DNA of 64,000 nt, from the NCBI GenBank assembly GCA_008632985.1, contig QPGO01000009.1, positions 558,001 through 622,000 of the forward strand, in the 5' to 3' direction. The notes below the pieces were generated by a model, which was not told the DNA's origin, made no database searches, and worked only from the letters and a program-made list of their open reading frames with translations. Below, piece after piece: positions 63,103 to 64,000 of this stretch. Origin of the DNA: Psammoneis japonica. Its lineage: Eukaryota. Both the position numbers and the translations under genes were made by a program. The first letter of the stretch is position 1. Every line of letters starts with the position of its first letter.

Positions 63103-63690
63103 CTATGATGATACTTTTTTGCTCTTTTTCTTTTTGCTCTTTTTTGACTTTTTCTTCTCCACAACATCATTGTCACTACTACTAGGGTCGGACGATGACG
63201 ACTCCTCCTTTCGTCGCTTCTTATCAGGCACTTGTTCGTCTTCTGCTTTTCGCTTTTTCTTCTTGTGCGTCTTTCCAAAAATAGCCGCCATGTCATCGTC
63301 ACTCTTGTTGCTTAAATCCTTGGCCCTTCTCATTTTTTGTGCGTGTCCCGCCGTCACTTTGTTTCGTGCCAACGTCAAGCTGTCCTTTTTCTTCTTCTTG
63401 CTTTTCTTCTTTTTCTTTTTATCATCAGACGCATGAGTTTGTTGCAAATTGGTCAAGACGGACGCAAAATCGTGTCCGGTAGCATGCCACGCATCATCCT
63501 CTGTTGCAGTTGAGGCTCCAATTCCCATGTTTTCCGTCAAACGCACCGCTCGTAGCGCCGTGGTGGTGCCTTGTCGACGTTTCCCCAAGCCTTGTCCCTC
63601 GGACCAACCCATTTTTTCCAACATCTTGGAACCAATGTTGCTCTTGGTCCATTCGGCATTGCGAGTGTCGTGTGTTTCGACTATCGTCAT
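63103..63690 (-). CDS. G-patch protein, PINX1/Pxr1(Gno1)-like
   Basis: W..SNIGSKMLEKMGWSEGQGLGK, AKDLS..D.AAIFG and a KKE/S-rich tail. Confidence 0.85.
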   Translation of the reverse strand: MTIVETHDTRNAEWTKSNIGSKMLEKMGWSEGQGLGKRRQGTTTALRAVRLTENMGIGASTATEDDAWHATGHDFASVLTNLQQTHASDDKKKKKKSKKKKKDSLTLARNKVTAGHAQKMRRAKDLSNKSDDDMAAIFGKTHKKKKRKAEDEQVPDKKRRKEESSSSDPSSSDNDVVEKKKSKKSKKKKSKKVSS

Positions 63691-64000
63691 TTTGTGAATA
63701 ATAATAATAATGAAAAAACAACGAAAAGAACAACAAGGTTGCAGTCTACCGGTCGCAGCAGAGCATTAACAACAAGCATCACCACACGCGTTACGTTGTG
63801 TCGTCGGTGTCGCCGCTCGGTGGCTGGTGTGTGTGTGTTCGCAAAAAAAGGGCGGGAAAACTCGCGTCACATACGATACTCACGTAGAATTGTACGTTGG
63901 AGCCGTTGTGGGCCATCCAATGTTGTCTCGATGTTGGAATGTTAGTTTGTCCAAACATACCGTTTTTCGTCTCCGTCGCGTACCTCCCTCCACAAGGTTT

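Overview
Eukaryotic nuclear DNA, most likely from a diatom: short GT-AG introns, CoDi-type Copia gag, a Helitron, and diatom-style ANK/TPR/LRR/GT23 genes. Ordinary gene islands alternate with sharply bounded degenerate domains. The islands hold three tandem FUT8/GT23-like fucosyltransferases, makorin, two spliced hypothetical genes, a repeat protein, and GtrA-like and G-patch/PINX1-like genes. The degenerate domains lie at about 1.5-7.0, 9.05-11.95, 13.9-16.8, 19.2-20.65, 22.6-41.3, 43.9-49.3 and partly 54.2-56.8 kb, and consist of transposon remnants and pseudogenes. The dominant signal is a directional mutation process in these domains that erases TpA (TA>TG/CA, i.e. A>G), turning Tyr into Cys/His. 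CpG decay is added in the older domains. This is the opposite polarity to fungal RIP and can be polarised from the two LTRs of a TRIM and from three paralogous copies. A second highlight is an unmutated, ORF-less island at 42.0-43.1 kb. It carries five covarying hairpins with a conserved loop-E-like internal loop, probably an undescribed minus-strand structured RNA. Two decayed C5-DNA-methyltransferase copies with RID/DNMT4-like motifs lie at 53 and 58-59.5 kb. All composition statements are by eye, not computed.
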